IMG/VR virus record: IMGVR_UViG_3300009181_000083
Span: 1 to 57,720 of that record
Length of the DNA: 57,720 nt
Strand: one strand, 5' to 3'
Source: a virus
Taxonomy: Duplodnaviria; Caudoviricetes
Shown here one piece after another: positions 51,101 to 57,720 of the stretch. The notes beneath the pieces are model-generated. The model was not told the DNA's origin and searched no databases. It saw nothing but the letters and a program-made list of their open reading frames with translations. Made by a program: the position numbers and the translations under genes. How positions within the stretch are numbered: the first letter of the stretch is position 1; each line of letters opens with the position of its first letter.

Positions 51101-51739
51101 ACTACCGACTCGGCTCAGTGCTTGAGCTAAATCACTCGAACTAACCGCAAATTGAGAATCAACTTGAACTAATTTATTTACGATTTCTGAAGAAGTTAAT
51201 CCAGATTTATTAAAACTGTTTATTGCGGTTGTTAAAGCTGTAACCGACTCAGCTGCTCCGAGACCCGATATCCTACTTAGAATTAGAGCGTCATTGGTTC
51301 TCTTCAAGGTGTCTTCCATCGACAAACCTTGCCTAGCGAATTCTTTCGCAGCTTCAGCAACTGCACTAAAAGAAGTTGCAGTATTTTTAGCTATTGAAAA
51401 TAGAGAATCTCCAAACGCTTTCAGCTGCCCTTGAGATTGACCTAAAAAAGTATTTAATTCCGTCAATTCTTTATCAACTAACATCATGGATTTAGCTGCT
51501 TCAGACATAGCCTTAGAAACTAAATAAATAGCCCCAGACGTTACTCCGAAAGCTGCGACGCGGGCTGAAGCCGCTGCCATAGACTTGTCAAACATTGCTA
51601 GATCGCCAGTTATACGACCCAATGGCTGAGAAAAATTTACTTTGGCCGTTATCGGCTTGCCTGCGGCGGTTTGAAGAGCGCTTAATTGAGCTTGAGCCGC
51701 TGCCGTCGAAAGATTTAAATTAATATTATAAGTTGCCAT
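42143..51739 (-). CDS. Tape measure protein (TP901-like core) with G[FY]IPNF repeats and an embedded ATP-grasp domain
   Basis: N-terminal TMP core (LFSIAKNT..EAAKEFARQG..LTTAINSF..DLAQALSRVGSSA..GNALKTIFTR); follows the tail tube and chaperone genes; 3198 aa. Confidence 0.92.
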   Translation of the reverse strand: MATYNINLNLSTAAAQAQLSALQTAAGKPITAKVNFSQPLGRITGDLAMFDKSMAAASARVAAFGVTSGAIYLVSKAMSEAAKSMMLVDKELTELNTFLGQSQGQLKAFGDSLFSIAKNTATSFSAVAEAAKEFARQGLSMEDTLKRTNDALILSRISGLGAAESVTALTTAINSFNKSGLTSSEIVNKLVQVDSQFAVSSSDLAQALSRVGSSAQDSGVSIDQLVASITAAQQTTGRGGAVIGNALKTIFTRMKRPEVIDQLREIGVAVKDQNGYFLDGISILKNYTDATKNLSQTEKAKTAELLGGIFQINILNSLINDLSRSNGVYARALQASNSATDQAFDKNEALNQSLTATIEITKANLQQKGAAIATPLLTPLVKTGTAIINKTLNVFDKKEGDEEGAKSGRSFGESLLKGLGAAIAGPGIVIVGALAFAIGKKLLTFGTEAVRSLLGVTSASQNILNLQSLITSTLNNQPQIIQQIVSGQISQTTAAQALLTIMQQQAAQLQTNATLSSALANTLAQGGFTVSPTTGLKKRRAMGYIPKADQDAERAGALSGGYSPGAVVETPSSIGGIMNTSEKVKYVPGFSQPFINPPESSKAGQMHRENAIKQTGVNPYSSRGFIPNFLMNHGAKMLYNTYADNEQADVSLRNIEKLMTETKKEGVSETQKTQNHKDILKERLSQESKALDSFKTTLIGGGDSIIDSGLFKANFNGYDYFIKTVHENKKNEKENELFLGQVKLQGGSVNIGQIKTDMLSGLKKVVQKRKDLTIDSNGRDIDSRNIIEVISTNQQATPTQRSRQQYAKSTSAKSLKQKARRVLRSRNKYAGFIPNFAYLDEVKQLESEAGNGTAIFDTEPFPHVRNSSQPTFESAINDHGGLQNALSDSASMQKGAGLIKSKGFIPNFNKISDWWEQKRKDERLADMAAFRVKHGSMSNYQPQEGPSMMGGMMRSSLIGGASMMLSGVANQNNVGTIAAVQRGLPLGMAGMDIVSGFARGRTGWGKAANVGMAIAQNAPAIISGFSGASQTEADVRSDQFQKVKDNTADKFNKLTQNAGQLAQSIEDLNNAYLDPSVSPEVLIKLGKKQAELMRSMDKSNPQAAMKLATARTSAEKQTILADAVESATKDKVVNDASIKFLELDDKKRKPKAIKSLFSDWSSQADMSKLDVKNLTPENLGEALKKAGIGDANKVLAGTKGRLITPFINFLQTNEKISEKEELTKNQLTNLRRPSSDIRMQNEQNKKLRAIKKSSRGDYLNDLVDYASNFGPESEIDARRNVDVAMESGQERARFGAMLSSKAEKMPGLSRFIGQGPSQELESSLKNSIKQTKDPKQKNELEALLSETKQSQNAMQVIESKADEKKKKDLALLALKRRLVFGGGMAASLSYEGKRASDEPTARASMQYALGNRFGSQNTADAGYVNFAKGVKEKYAGLNFGEGAFDRATEVGANLRARDLRKSLLRDARRADRMGDYQLGGAMRAKANDSQDLYAIGKIQTQAHLGLSKMPDEVKQAIADYSQSNTQDDMEKRSDDQRLRASEKAMQPQADALINESSKDTKTKMDEFETSLGKSFERGLTITKAKIIVEGLDPDSEKKKDGSFMDGVMSYFSNMASDVSDYFTGGPEASSADQAAAADMGKAGGFIPNFKSPLRDAIRRESEFVPFNSIRVDQSNKLKQSSNPFGLAVTNTIDEPRGLASIGLADGYIPNFAAFGQKKANLARKQASLGKLYVWDHIGDGFRKVNPDSSVETALINSNDLPKGSRTISTELGQTGGKGKSILGLNDPKVTKLDELKLPGVARSQPIDGILSRLNRQGKLTPENLLTQIHKKTGGEDIVVKTAFGESNIQSRGVFGRGGKLTTSDTASIINQYSKGTGSGFFTQAKVPTYYNELRVHVAVDDKGNVKIIKGGTILKATKADPTAEASIQSYMKAGLAKDEAIKMTQSFKKAAESSAVHAIRASVKQKGIKNAFFGVDVGGTTLEAAKNAGVKSREFYSGGRGKVGTIVFEVNPSDLRGSSGYMGGNLSQTLVKNVFGQSPTSSLSAASRTPSPSGATPPTAPLSSPSTTTPPAAPLSSPAKKPSKAGSKQSKVVKPGGQDIFNPKTGRYDYFGAKKPGNKTSSVESQNKAGQAGSRPGYKMGGYSKLFMGGDIALGGKNIYDIYNDNKLTEAEKGEKVTEELIKLVRNEAINFAVSYGQYRFQNRAGGPANAGAPGGKTSGAKTPGSKGSGGKGPLRDARGRFTKAPGGQTPKGGPRGGAGGMGPMAKIGIAAGALHTLSSLYDINKDYNKGLISKEDAQSEALKAAAWGALYTALPFIPVVGPIIGGILLAKGVWDTGYAVGGMIEEGIGLGDKLGAMTMSMQGEDENANWKTRLNERLLAEARNPESRKISKRFPGGQIRTKDDIEFETEWARSRPNYEEGRSERLSANKQSAAALRAERADQLTGIEVAAKENEILRGLAPNAFEKVTDWENGGEVKFIPNRKNSVYEEEKALLDERKQRFLSVKRDVLDSPVDIPRITETRAPHDSYRVAANKLRHDPRLAAMYTPQSSPQSDNERLNQYLSMSKSDAAYFDAKIASLERYKTEYNRIEANVVAFRTAKAVKNRENLNLSDKEAAILSMYRQLPVEDTVLKKKSMDISVRQGISPMDNNDEALLARITDFHGDRPSLGETFSERLNRAKTQEMEKHANENTFSALGMGAFGAQIDRLTPHPKEEKEAKEQAKKTAQLSYAMERLRNNPSPNDPDLITSTSDEIINHVKKRGLWDQPVIYDRQEQSLRPSGDSELALLSSEQREKAFGLMADAVKARTGFAAPLDEYQRPNAEQSALEIKDKKDLMLREYMRDPSLASVDPTLMPAIREQQSKVLNDRQQRMTAFLEKDGSLTRATFPGKSDSQIMLNYLDMSDSQREKADALLIKQESLARLDKEAAGGALLNATTPENPALTRTFAALGESNQVTLRSVAGNPLSAMTPQGLGLTSEGVEAAGMLNKEQESINKNQIESMTELEKLLNGYSNGFIPARSGKINNYARGFAPMFMQEKRAVLSSPSYAGHRDAVPMRSSVYKNAVINSAEIEVPASEVYSRMFGPAGANMKPKNPSETHAILNPAQQQSLGFSAGFIPNFSTEQFTAAITEAMKNGIASFAGGMVPNVSNSNIVNINDERSYQGNSDSMMDGVLDILQSKFPKEMGKMGPRIAKR
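45507..45590. repeat. 39-bp in-frame tandem duplication in the TMP Pro/Ser linker
   Basis: ggtgaactaagaggagctgcgggcggagtagttgttgat / ggtgaactaagaggagctgtaggcggagtagctccggat, followed by a partial third copy; encodes TPP(T/A)APLSSP. Confidence 0.85.
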
Positions 51740-51753
51740 AATCCTACAGTCTA

Positions 51754-51759
51754 TTACAC
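51754..51759 (-). promoter_or_regulatory. GTGTAA putative late-promoter motif upstream of the TMP
   Basis: The - strand reads TGTGTAATAGACTGTAGGATTATG, which also includes an AGGA SD-like site. Confidence 0.55.
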
Positions 51760-51790
51760 AAGAATTACAAAAATCCGAGAAAATAGGACT

Positions 51791-52786
51791 CTACGCGCCG
51801 TGCATTTCGATGAAATCTTGCATTGTTAACGAACCGCCTTTTTTCTTAGCGAATTCTTCAAGGGAAGTAGCTCCACCACCAACCATGTTTTGTAGTTCTT
51901 CCTTAGTTGCTCCAACATAACTTGTTCCACCTTCTCGATTCAAATCAACCTGGCGTGAGCTAGTGGATAACGAATCATACCATTCTATCATTTTATCAGG
52001 ATCCGCCATGATATCCGACGGTGGATTTACGTTTTCTTTTCTAGACTCCATCAGAGACTTAAAATATCGTCCTTGAGAAAATAAATTAACTTGCAAAATC
52101 GTTAAATTTGTAACATGTGTCCCGTAAAATGACGGAATATCTTCAGAGGCTAAGCTGAATAAATTAATAAAAAAATAACACGCGCAAATCCTTTTGATTT
52201 GATTATGTGAAAATTCTGCATAAAAGTTATTTAAGACCTTAATCAAACTAGAAATATCACTTTGAGTTAAATTATCAAACTCTTCTCGGGAGAATAACTG
52301 TTGAGAAAGCTGTTCATCTTTAAAAAAAGAATTAAAAATAACCAAGTCGTTCATTTTTTGAGAAACAAAATCTTCAACGCAAAATCCCACGCACTCTTCT
52401 TTTTCGTCTATTAATTTTTTTAATTTCAATTCGGTTTCGGCTTTTTTTTGCTTTGTTTCTTTAATTTGTCTTTTGATGATTAAATTTTTCAGAAACATTT
52501 CTAAGTCGGAAATTTCTTTTTCTAATTTTTCTATTTCTATTTCGTTTTCTATCGGCCAGTAACCTTCTTTCAACAGGAGCTGTAGCTTATCTTCTCTTTC
52601 TAAAAGTCCGTTCTTTTTTGCGATGCTAAAAAAAATAGAACTTTCTCCCGCATGTCTTCCATTGTTTATTTCTGAAAAATGTTTAATAAAAATGGGTTTC
52701 TCCATGTATGTTGACACAGAAAAACCCATTACTATTTCTTGATATAGTCTTTTAAAATGATTTATTTTTTGCTCGGAATCATTCAC
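51791..52786 (-). CDS. Putative tail assembly chaperone
   Basis: Directly upstream of the TMP; coiled-coil segment; GTG start. Confidence 0.55.
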   Translation of the reverse strand: MNDSEQKINHFKRLYQEIVMGFSVSTYMEKPIFIKHFSEINNGRHAGESSIFFSIAKKNGLLEREDKLQLLLKEGYWPIENEIEIEKLEKEISDLEMFLKNLIIKRQIKETKQKKAETELKLKKLIDEKEECVGFCVEDFVSQKMNDLVIFNSFFKDEQLSQQLFSREEFDNLTQSDISSLIKVLNNFYAEFSHNQIKRICACYFFINLFSLASEDIPSFYGTHVTNLTILQVNLFSQGRYFKSLMESRKENVNPPSDIMADPDKMIEWYDSLSTSSRQVDLNREGGTSYVGATKEELQNMVGGGATSLEEFAKKKGGSLTMQDFIEMHGA

Positions 52787-52787
52787 G

Positions 52788-53510
52788 TTAAGGCGCCGAA
52801 GCCTTGATATCTTCTTTAGATAAACCAGAGTTTATCCTACCTATGTAATACGATCCTTTTTCAATTACTTTTGCTAAAAATTCGTCACCAGAATCTTCAA
52901 TTGCATTAAATCTTTCCGTTCTCTGATCGAAAGTGCCTTCGCCAAAGATGCAAGATTGAACACCATCCTTATCTGAATAAATTAAATTTAAAACAAACCA
53001 AAGATTAAGCAAATCATTAGCTCTTTTCTCAGCGGTATTATCGAATAAAGAAGATTGTAAATTTTCATAATCAAAGATTTTTTGTCGAAGGTCGTCGTAT
53101 TCAGTTTTAAGGGCAGAAATCTGCAACTCTTTTTCAGCGTCGGAAAGCTCCGCGACAAGCTTGATCGACTCCATGTCCACTTCAAGTTTTATTGCTCTTG
53201 AATAATTATCCGAATGAACTTTTTTCTCTTCACTCGAGGGAGTCAGACCTTCTTGTTGGAATTTTCTCAATAGGTAGTTCTTCGTAACCAAACCGAGTCG
53301 GATTCCTTCGGAGACTTTGACAGAATAAAAAATACTAGCCTCATCTTGCATTTTCCTCGTCGGGTTCAGAATAGAAAACTTTTGAGGAACTTTTTGTTCC
53401 ACTTCTTTGGAAATCGAAATCTCCTCACCAGCTTCGTTTTTTTCCGTTGTTGTTTCTTTAACTTTCTGAAGTTTATCTACTTCGAAAGTGAATAGCCATT
53501 TTTCTTTCAT
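52788..53510 (-). CDS. Putative tail assembly chaperone
   Basis: Lies between the tail tube and TMP; acidic and coiled-coil rich. Confidence 0.55.
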   Translation of the reverse strand: MKEKWLFTFEVDKLQKVKETTTEKNEAGEEISISKEVEQKVPQKFSILNPTRKMQDEASIFYSVKVSEGIRLGLVTKNYLLRKFQQEGLTPSSEEKKVHSDNYSRAIKLEVDMESIKLVAELSDAEKELQISALKTEYDDLRQKIFDYENLQSSLFDNTAEKRANDLLNLWFVLNLIYSDKDGVQSCIFGEGTFDQRTERFNAIEDSGDEFLAKVIEKGSYYIGRINSGLSKEDIKASAP

Positions 53511-53519
53511 ATTTTTTTG

Positions 53520-53801
53520 TTATTTTAATGTAATTTTTATAGAATTAAAGCTGCTTTCAACGCCTCTGACGGTATCATTTCCGGCGTCTAGAATCTTTTT
53601 TCTAATGTGGTTATATTTATCAATGCTGAAGTAATCTATATTTTTTACAAATTCTTTGGAAGATTGAGCTTCCATTTTCCTCAACATGAGTTCGTGCTCT
53701 AATTTTAAATCATCAATTATTTCAAAATACTTCTTATATAAAGAAACGATATTTCTATTTAATTGAAACGCCAAAAATTCTTTTAACTTATCTTCTTCCA
53801 T
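53520..53801 (-). CDS. Hypothetical protein
   Basis: 93-aa helical ORF preceded by ATATAATAAAGTAGGATT. Confidence 0.6.
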   Translation of the reverse strand: MEEDKLKEFLAFQLNRNIVSLYKKYFEIIDDLKLEHELMLRKMEAQSSKEFVKNIDYFSIDKYNHIRKKILDAGNDTVRGVESSFNSIKITLK

Positions 53802-53840
53802 AATCCTACTTTATTATATAATAAAAATTATAAAAGGACT

Positions 53841-53876
53841 AAAAAAATAAAAAAACCCCCGTTTTTAGGCGGGGGT
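53841..53876 (-). terminator. Rho-independent terminator after the tail tube gene
   Basis: The - strand reads ACCCCCG-CCTAAAAA-CGGGGGT followed by a long T-rich tract. Confidence 0.85.
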
Positions 53877-53905
53877 CTGAAATATTTCGGAATAAATATT
53901 AGCTA

Positions 53906-54961
53906 TTATGAAGTAGAAATGAATAATCCAGAATCTTTACCGGCTTGAGCAGATAATTCTATTGTGATTGATTTGTTTGGGCCAATAGAAGAAGTCGTGT
54001 TTTGAGAATTTAATTTAGCTCCTTTTATAGCGATAATTGCGGTAACAGCTGATCCAGCATTAGTAGGGTTACCTACTAAGGTTAGCTGACAAGTATACTT
54101 AGCATTATCTCCAGTTGCCCCCATTAGAGAAAGCAACGAGCTGAGACCGCCTGACGAAAACTGTTCTCCGACTATGGCAGTAACGGACATCGTACACATA
54201 ATTGGGAAAGTCAGCTCTCTGCTGAATGCAAAAGATTGACCTAATTTTCGGATCGGCTCACGGGAAAGAGTAACCGCCACAGTCGCGCTTTGAAATTTCA
54301 AATCAAGTTCTGAAAATCCAGCTATTGGAGTGTTGTCGTTCTGAAGAGCTCCCAGTAGGACAGTCACATTCCCAGGTCTAACGGCAGCGATTTGCCCGGT
54401 ATTATATATTGCAGCAACCCCGGCTGAAGTGTCAGTCAGAGCAGCGCCACCAGTAGAAATAGATGGATTACTAAAACCAGTCGCAAATCTAATATTCTGA
54501 CCCTCAAAAGCGCAAGATACAGTAGGAATCGCTCCCACAGCAGCTTCCAAAGACCAAGAAGATAGAAAACTATTCCCAATCCCAATTACCCCATCGTAAC
54601 CACTAGTGTTGTTTGCGTCTGTTCCGACAGCTGCTGTTGCTATGAAAATATTTTTCTCGGCATCGGCTGTGGTTCCGCTGGCTATATTAGATAAGGCGTG
54701 AAAGCTTGTGCTCGCCAAGAGCCCCAGAGAGCCTTCATTAGTAAGGCTGGGGTCAAAATAATAAGACATATCAACAGAAACGGTTGGCTCTCTAAGAATT
54801 AATCTTTCGAGCGAAGCTAGTTCCCCAAATTGATTGATATCCGTTCTCTCGATTGCAAAATTATAATTGCAACTTTGAATCCTTCTCAAATGGACGGGTG
54901 TTGAAGCGATGGGACCAACGAAAACGGCCTCACTTTGGTAAATTACTCTATTTCTTGGCAT
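53906..54961 (-). CDS. Major tail (tube) protein
   Basis: MPRNRVIYQSEA..RIQSCNY..RTDINQFG..REPIRKLG; A/S/T/G-rich; has its own upstream motif, SD and terminator, as expected for an abundant protein; canonical position. Confidence 0.75.
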   Translation of the reverse strand: MPRNRVIYQSEAVFVGPIASTPVHLRRIQSCNYNFAIERTDINQFGELASLERLILREPTVSVDMSYYFDPSLTNEGSLGLLASTSFHALSNIASGTTADAEKNIFIATAAVGTDANNTSGYDGVIGIGNSFLSSWSLEAAVGAIPTVSCAFEGQNIRFATGFSNPSISTGGAALTDTSAGVAAIYNTGQIAAVRPGNVTVLLGALQNDNTPIAGFSELDLKFQSATVAVTLSREPIRKLGQSFAFSRELTFPIMCTMSVTAIVGEQFSSGGLSSLLSLMGATGDNAKYTCQLTLVGNPTNAGSAVTAIIAIKGAKLNSQNTTSSIGPNKSITIELSAQAGKDSGLFISTS

Positions 54962-54989
54962 ATTTTATTCCTTTTTATTCTGAATTAGT

Positions 54990-54995
54990 TTACAC
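54990..54995 (-). promoter_or_regulatory. GTGTAA putative late-promoter motif upstream of the tail tube gene
   Basis: GTGTAAAC with the hexamer 28 nt before ATG 54961; AAGGA SD-like site in between. Confidence 0.5.
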
Positions 54996-55019
54996 TTAAA
55001 AAACGCATTATGGAAATTT

Positions 55020-55865
55020 TTAATCAGAATGTGGATTTCTGATCGATTCCAATTGAAAATCAGCAAAAGCTGAAAAAACTTTAGGATTTAAATTCACAAA
55101 ATCAGCAGAACTAATTGCCTTAAGTCTTAATATACCTACATCAGCTATATAAATAGATTCTCCAGTTGATATCCCTGAATAGTTATAAGAAGATCCAGTA
55201 TAAGCACTCATAGCGTTCATATTTAGATCACTATTTTTAACTAAATGAAAGAAATCATGCGCGGAGTCTCTCAGGACGCCGCACACGGCATCTAAAGAAA
55301 ACATAGAATTTGCCATGATTATAGTTCTTAATTCTACTTTCGTCATGTCTGTTCCTCCAAAAGCAAAAGGATCATTCATTGAATTATCAAATCTAACAAA
55401 TACAGCCGGATAAGTTATTTCATCAGACTCTAAACCTCTAAGAGTTTGAGGTTTTCTATTTTTATTTTCTATTTTTGTGGTGAATAAAATTGTTTCTTCC
55501 GACTTGTCCGTTAAATAGATATTAAAATCTTTAATTGAATAATTACCGCTAATTGTGTATGCGTTTTTATTAGAGTTAAATATTACCTGCCCGTCTTGAT
55601 GATTTATAGCAACTAACCCGCTTTGGCCTGGAACTATAAAAGTATTATTCAAATATACTCCAGACAATTGCTGAATACCCGAAATGGAAACGTCGTTAAC
55701 GATTTGCTTGTAAGGTGCGGCGTAAGTATAATACCCATCATAAACTCCACTAATTGGATAAAAATTACTAGAAACAGGAGAATGCGCTTCTCCTTTCTTT
55801 AAAATTAAATTATCTAAGAATAGTAAAAAGCTGCTAGTAAGAACATTTTGATAATTTATTTTCAT
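55020..55865 (-). CDS. Putative tail terminator/completion protein
   Basis: YPAVFV..PFAFGG; located immediately upstream of the tail tube gene. Confidence 0.5.
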   Translation of the reverse strand: MKINYQNVLTSSFLLFLDNLILKKGEAHSPVSSNFYPISGVYDGYYTYAAPYKQIVNDVSISGIQQLSGVYLNNTFIVPGQSGLVAINHQDGQVIFNSNKNAYTISGNYSIKDFNIYLTDKSEETILFTTKIENKNRKPQTLRGLESDEITYPAVFVRFDNSMNDPFAFGGTDMTKVELRTIIMANSMFSLDAVCGVLRDSAHDFFHLVKNSDLNMNAMSAYTGSSYNYSGISTGESIYIADVGILRLKAISSADFVNLNPKVFSAFADFQLESIRNPHSD

Positions 55866-55870
55866 GACGT

Positions 55871-56446
55871 TTAAAATGATTGTTTAAAGTCGTTTAATAA
55901 TTGAGACATATATTTTCTATTCTTGAATTGACCACCTCTTATCCCCGCTCTCACTTGGATTCCCTGCCCTGATCTTCCTTTCTTGACGTTCATAAAATAC
56001 TGGAATCCAGAGAGACCGCGCTCCATTCCTTCAACCCAATTTTTAGTGTCCCACTCTAACGAAGCTGCCGAAGAAAAATCTTTTAAATCCGGAACGGTGA
56101 AACTAAAAGTCACCACGCCTAATCTTTTGTTTATGGTAATCCTTCCCTTCATCTTCACTTGACGTTCAAGAACGTCCCTAACCGCTCCGACTGGATTGCT
56201 ACCCTCTGGAATACCTAAAAAGCCATAAAGATTTCCATACCCACCTAAAGTATTACTTACATTTTCTGAGCTTGGATTTCCTACTTCTTGAGTTACAGGA
56301 TGCTCATCAAAATTTTGAAGCAGTTCTTTTTTTAAATTTTCAAATTGATTTCTAACTCCTTGTTGGATTTGCGCTTTAAGCTCTGGAAGATTTAAAATTT
56401 CTTCCAGCATATCTTTTACATTACTTTTCTGAACGAAGGCTGGCAT
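55871..56446 (-). CDS. Putative neck/tail-completion protein (HK97 gp10-like position)
   Basis: Basic protein with WVEGMERG and GGQFKNRKYM; positional call. Confidence 0.4.
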   Translation of the reverse strand: MPAFVQKSNVKDMLEEILNLPELKAQIQQGVRNQFENLKKELLQNFDEHPVTQEVGNPSSENVSNTLGGYGNLYGFLGIPEGSNPVGAVRDVLERQVKMKGRITINKRLGVVTFSFTVPDLKDFSSAASLEWDTKNWVEGMERGLSGFQYFMNVKKGRSGQGIQVRAGIRGGQFKNRKYMSQLLNDFKQSF

Positions 56447-56447
56447 T

Positions 56448-56891
56448 TTATATGTCCCTCTCTAAATAATAAATAAAATAATTTGGAGAAATGAATCTTC
56501 TTAAAGACTCCGAGCTTACAATTTTAAACATCGTGTCACTAATAGAAATGTTTATAGTTTTTCCGTCATTTTCTATGAAGTCTCTAGCGTCTGACTTTAC
56601 TTTAATCGAAGCCTCGCCGTGCTCAATCCAATTGCCCACTTCTTCTAGTCTATCCTGCTGTTGTCTTTTATCAAAATTTACCATAGCTGAGAAAGTCCCA
56701 GTAATTGGAATATAATTAATATTTGAAATATCAACTTCTTCATCGTAACCAAAAAGTCTTGGTTGATTGATGTTTGTTATTTGGATTTTTGCTTCTTTAT
56801 AAATGATGATATCTTGCTTGAAAGTATCAAACAAAGTATCTAAAGCTGTTGTGAAAACAGCCTTTTGATCGTCATTAAGTAAAGATGCCAT
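56448..56891 (-). CDS. Putative head-closure/head-tail adaptor
   Basis: 147-aa beta-rich protein ending YFIYYLER; first gene of the neck cluster. Confidence 0.45.
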   Translation of the reverse strand: MASLLNDDQKAVFTTALDTLFDTFKQDIIIYKEAKIQITNINQPRLFGYDEEVDISNINYIPITGTFSAMVNFDKRQQQDRLEEVGNWIEHGEASIKVKSDARDFIENDGKTINISISDTMFKIVSSESLRRFISPNYFIYYLERDI

Positions 56892-56899
56892 AATTAATA

Positions 56900-56905
56900 T
56901 TACAC
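56900..56905 (-). promoter_or_regulatory. GTGTAA putative late-promoter motif
   Basis: GTGTAATATTAATTATG, hexamer 8 nt before ATG 56891; coincides with the Val-stop of the upstream ORF. Confidence 0.5.
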
Positions 56906-57199
56906 TTCAGGACTAATTGGTTCAGGATTTACAGGAATAAATTCAGTAAATCCTAGAGCTGTTAATATTGTTTCTTTTATGTAGCTATTGTCGTATTCTG
57001 GAGCTGTCGCGGCTGGCCAATTTTGCCATCGGTCTCCGGCTAGATCAACGAAAGTTCTATCGATAGTTATTCCATTAGGGTTGTAAAGAACCACTGAAAA
57101 ATTGACGCCGTTACTCGGGTCAAAAGAATGGAAATCCACAGCTAGTGTTTTAACATTCCGGTCTACTGTTGGGTTTACTGATATATATAACGTATTCAT
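56900..57199 (-). CDS. Hypothetical protein (possible fibre-associated)
   Basis: 99-aa ORF directly downstream of the fibre-like gene. Confidence 0.55.
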   Translation of the reverse strand: MNTLYISVNPTVDRNVKTLAVDFHSFDPSNGVNFSVVLYNPNGITIDRTFVDLAGDRWQNWPAATAPEYDNSYIKETILTALGFTEFIPVNPEPISPEV

Positions 57200-57206
57200 G
57201 TTTTTT

Positions 57207-57720
57207 TTAAATTTCTATTTGAATTTTTGGCACGTCTTTTCTTTCTCCGAAAACGTGATAGTAATAATTCATTTTTTCTAAAGCTTCTCCAGCAACTATT
57301 ACACCTGAGCAATTGATTTCTTGAACGAAAAGATTCTGAGAATTTCCAATCGGAGTTATTGACGCAGTAATAGAATTCAAATCAACTAAATAATTCCAAT
57401 AATCAGGAAAATTAATAAAATTAGAATTAGACATTTTGCCGCGAATGTAGACGGAATGTTCTGGGCCTTCTAATACTCCATATTGGAGTTTCTTTCCTAT
57501 TTTAATTGGGTGGTCGATTAGAAATGATTTTGTGGCCGCCGACAAGTGATTCGTGACGGTTAAATTTTGAGCAACGATCAAGTTGCCGTCAGTCTTGACA
57601 GTGGAACTAGCGCTCCTGTATAAGTTAGCTCCAGAATCGTTTCCGAAAGCCAACCCACTTGCCGCTATCGTCGAAGAACCAGTTCCAACCGTTAAAAGAG
57701 CAGTGCTAGTAGCCGTTCCA
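57207..57720 (-). CDS. Tail fibre/spike C-terminus with a putative intramolecular-chaperone-type domain (5' truncated)
   Basis: Frame is open to the window edge (GTATSTALLTVGTGSSTIAASGLAFGND..); ATKSFLIDHP..LQYGVLEGPE..YIRG..PDYW..GERKD. Confidence 0.65.
   Translation of the reverse strand, partial: GTATSTALLTVGTGSSTIAASGLAFGNDSGANLYRSASSTVKTDGNLIVAQNLTVTNHLSAATKSFLIDHPIKIGKKLQYGVLEGPEHSVYIRGKMSNSNFINFPDYWNYLVDLNSITASITPIGNSQNLFVQEINCSGVIVAGEALEKMNYYYHVFGERKDVPKIQIEI

Noticed and set aside
52740-52830. Lambda G/GT-type programmed frameshift between the two chaperone ORFs
   Set aside because: No clear X XXY YYZ slippery heptamer near the 3' end of 52788-53510, and the next ORF has its own GTG one base after the stop
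951-56715. Short ORFs antisense to or nested in long genes (e.g. 951-1226, 12424-12621, 22856-23200, 43659-44024)
   Set aside because: They lie within well-supported genes and lack recognisable motifs; most likely shadow ORFs
16181-57304. Additional intragenic GTGTAA hexamers (16181-16186 and 57299-57304)
   Set aside because: Each lies about 100 nt from the next start inside coding sequence; chance occurrences of a hexamer are expected in 58 kb
57651-57653. TTG start given for the last ORF
   Set aside because: The frame stays open to the window edge, so the true start lies outside the window
1-57720. Stop-codon reassignment
   Set aside because: Long ORFs tile the window under the standard code, and TAA, TAG and TGA all end credible genes

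Overview
This is a gene-dense, AT-rich segment of a large tailed dsDNA bacteriophage (Caudoviricetes) using the standard genetic code, made of two convergent modules. The + strand (1-12427) is a replication/recombination module: RecA C-terminus, DUF559/Vsr-like nuclease, DnaB, DnaG-type primase, Cas4-like nuclease, a Pol III alpha split into PHP, DEDDh exonuclease and polymerase-core genes, a probable Whirly-fold SSB, two glycosyltransferase-like genes and a Rad52-like annealase. The - strand (12428-57720) is a virion module: fibre C-terminus, head-tail connectors, tail tube, chaperones, a 3198-aa tape measure protein (TMP), tail-tip/baseplate-like proteins and a 3094-aa giant protein. The most notable observations are: (1) the TMP is punctuated by about 10 G[FY]IPNF-type motifs and carries an embedded ATP-grasp (RimK-like) ligase domain, suggesting a modular TMP that delivers an enzyme; (2) a plant-Whirly-like SSB with an acidic tail sits beside the tripartite Pol III; (3) some virion proteins are strongly enriched in [S/T]-G dipeptides, possibly sequons for the phage glycosyltransferases; (4) a GTGTAA motif precedes several late genes. 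All family calls come from motif recognition by eye; no searches were run.
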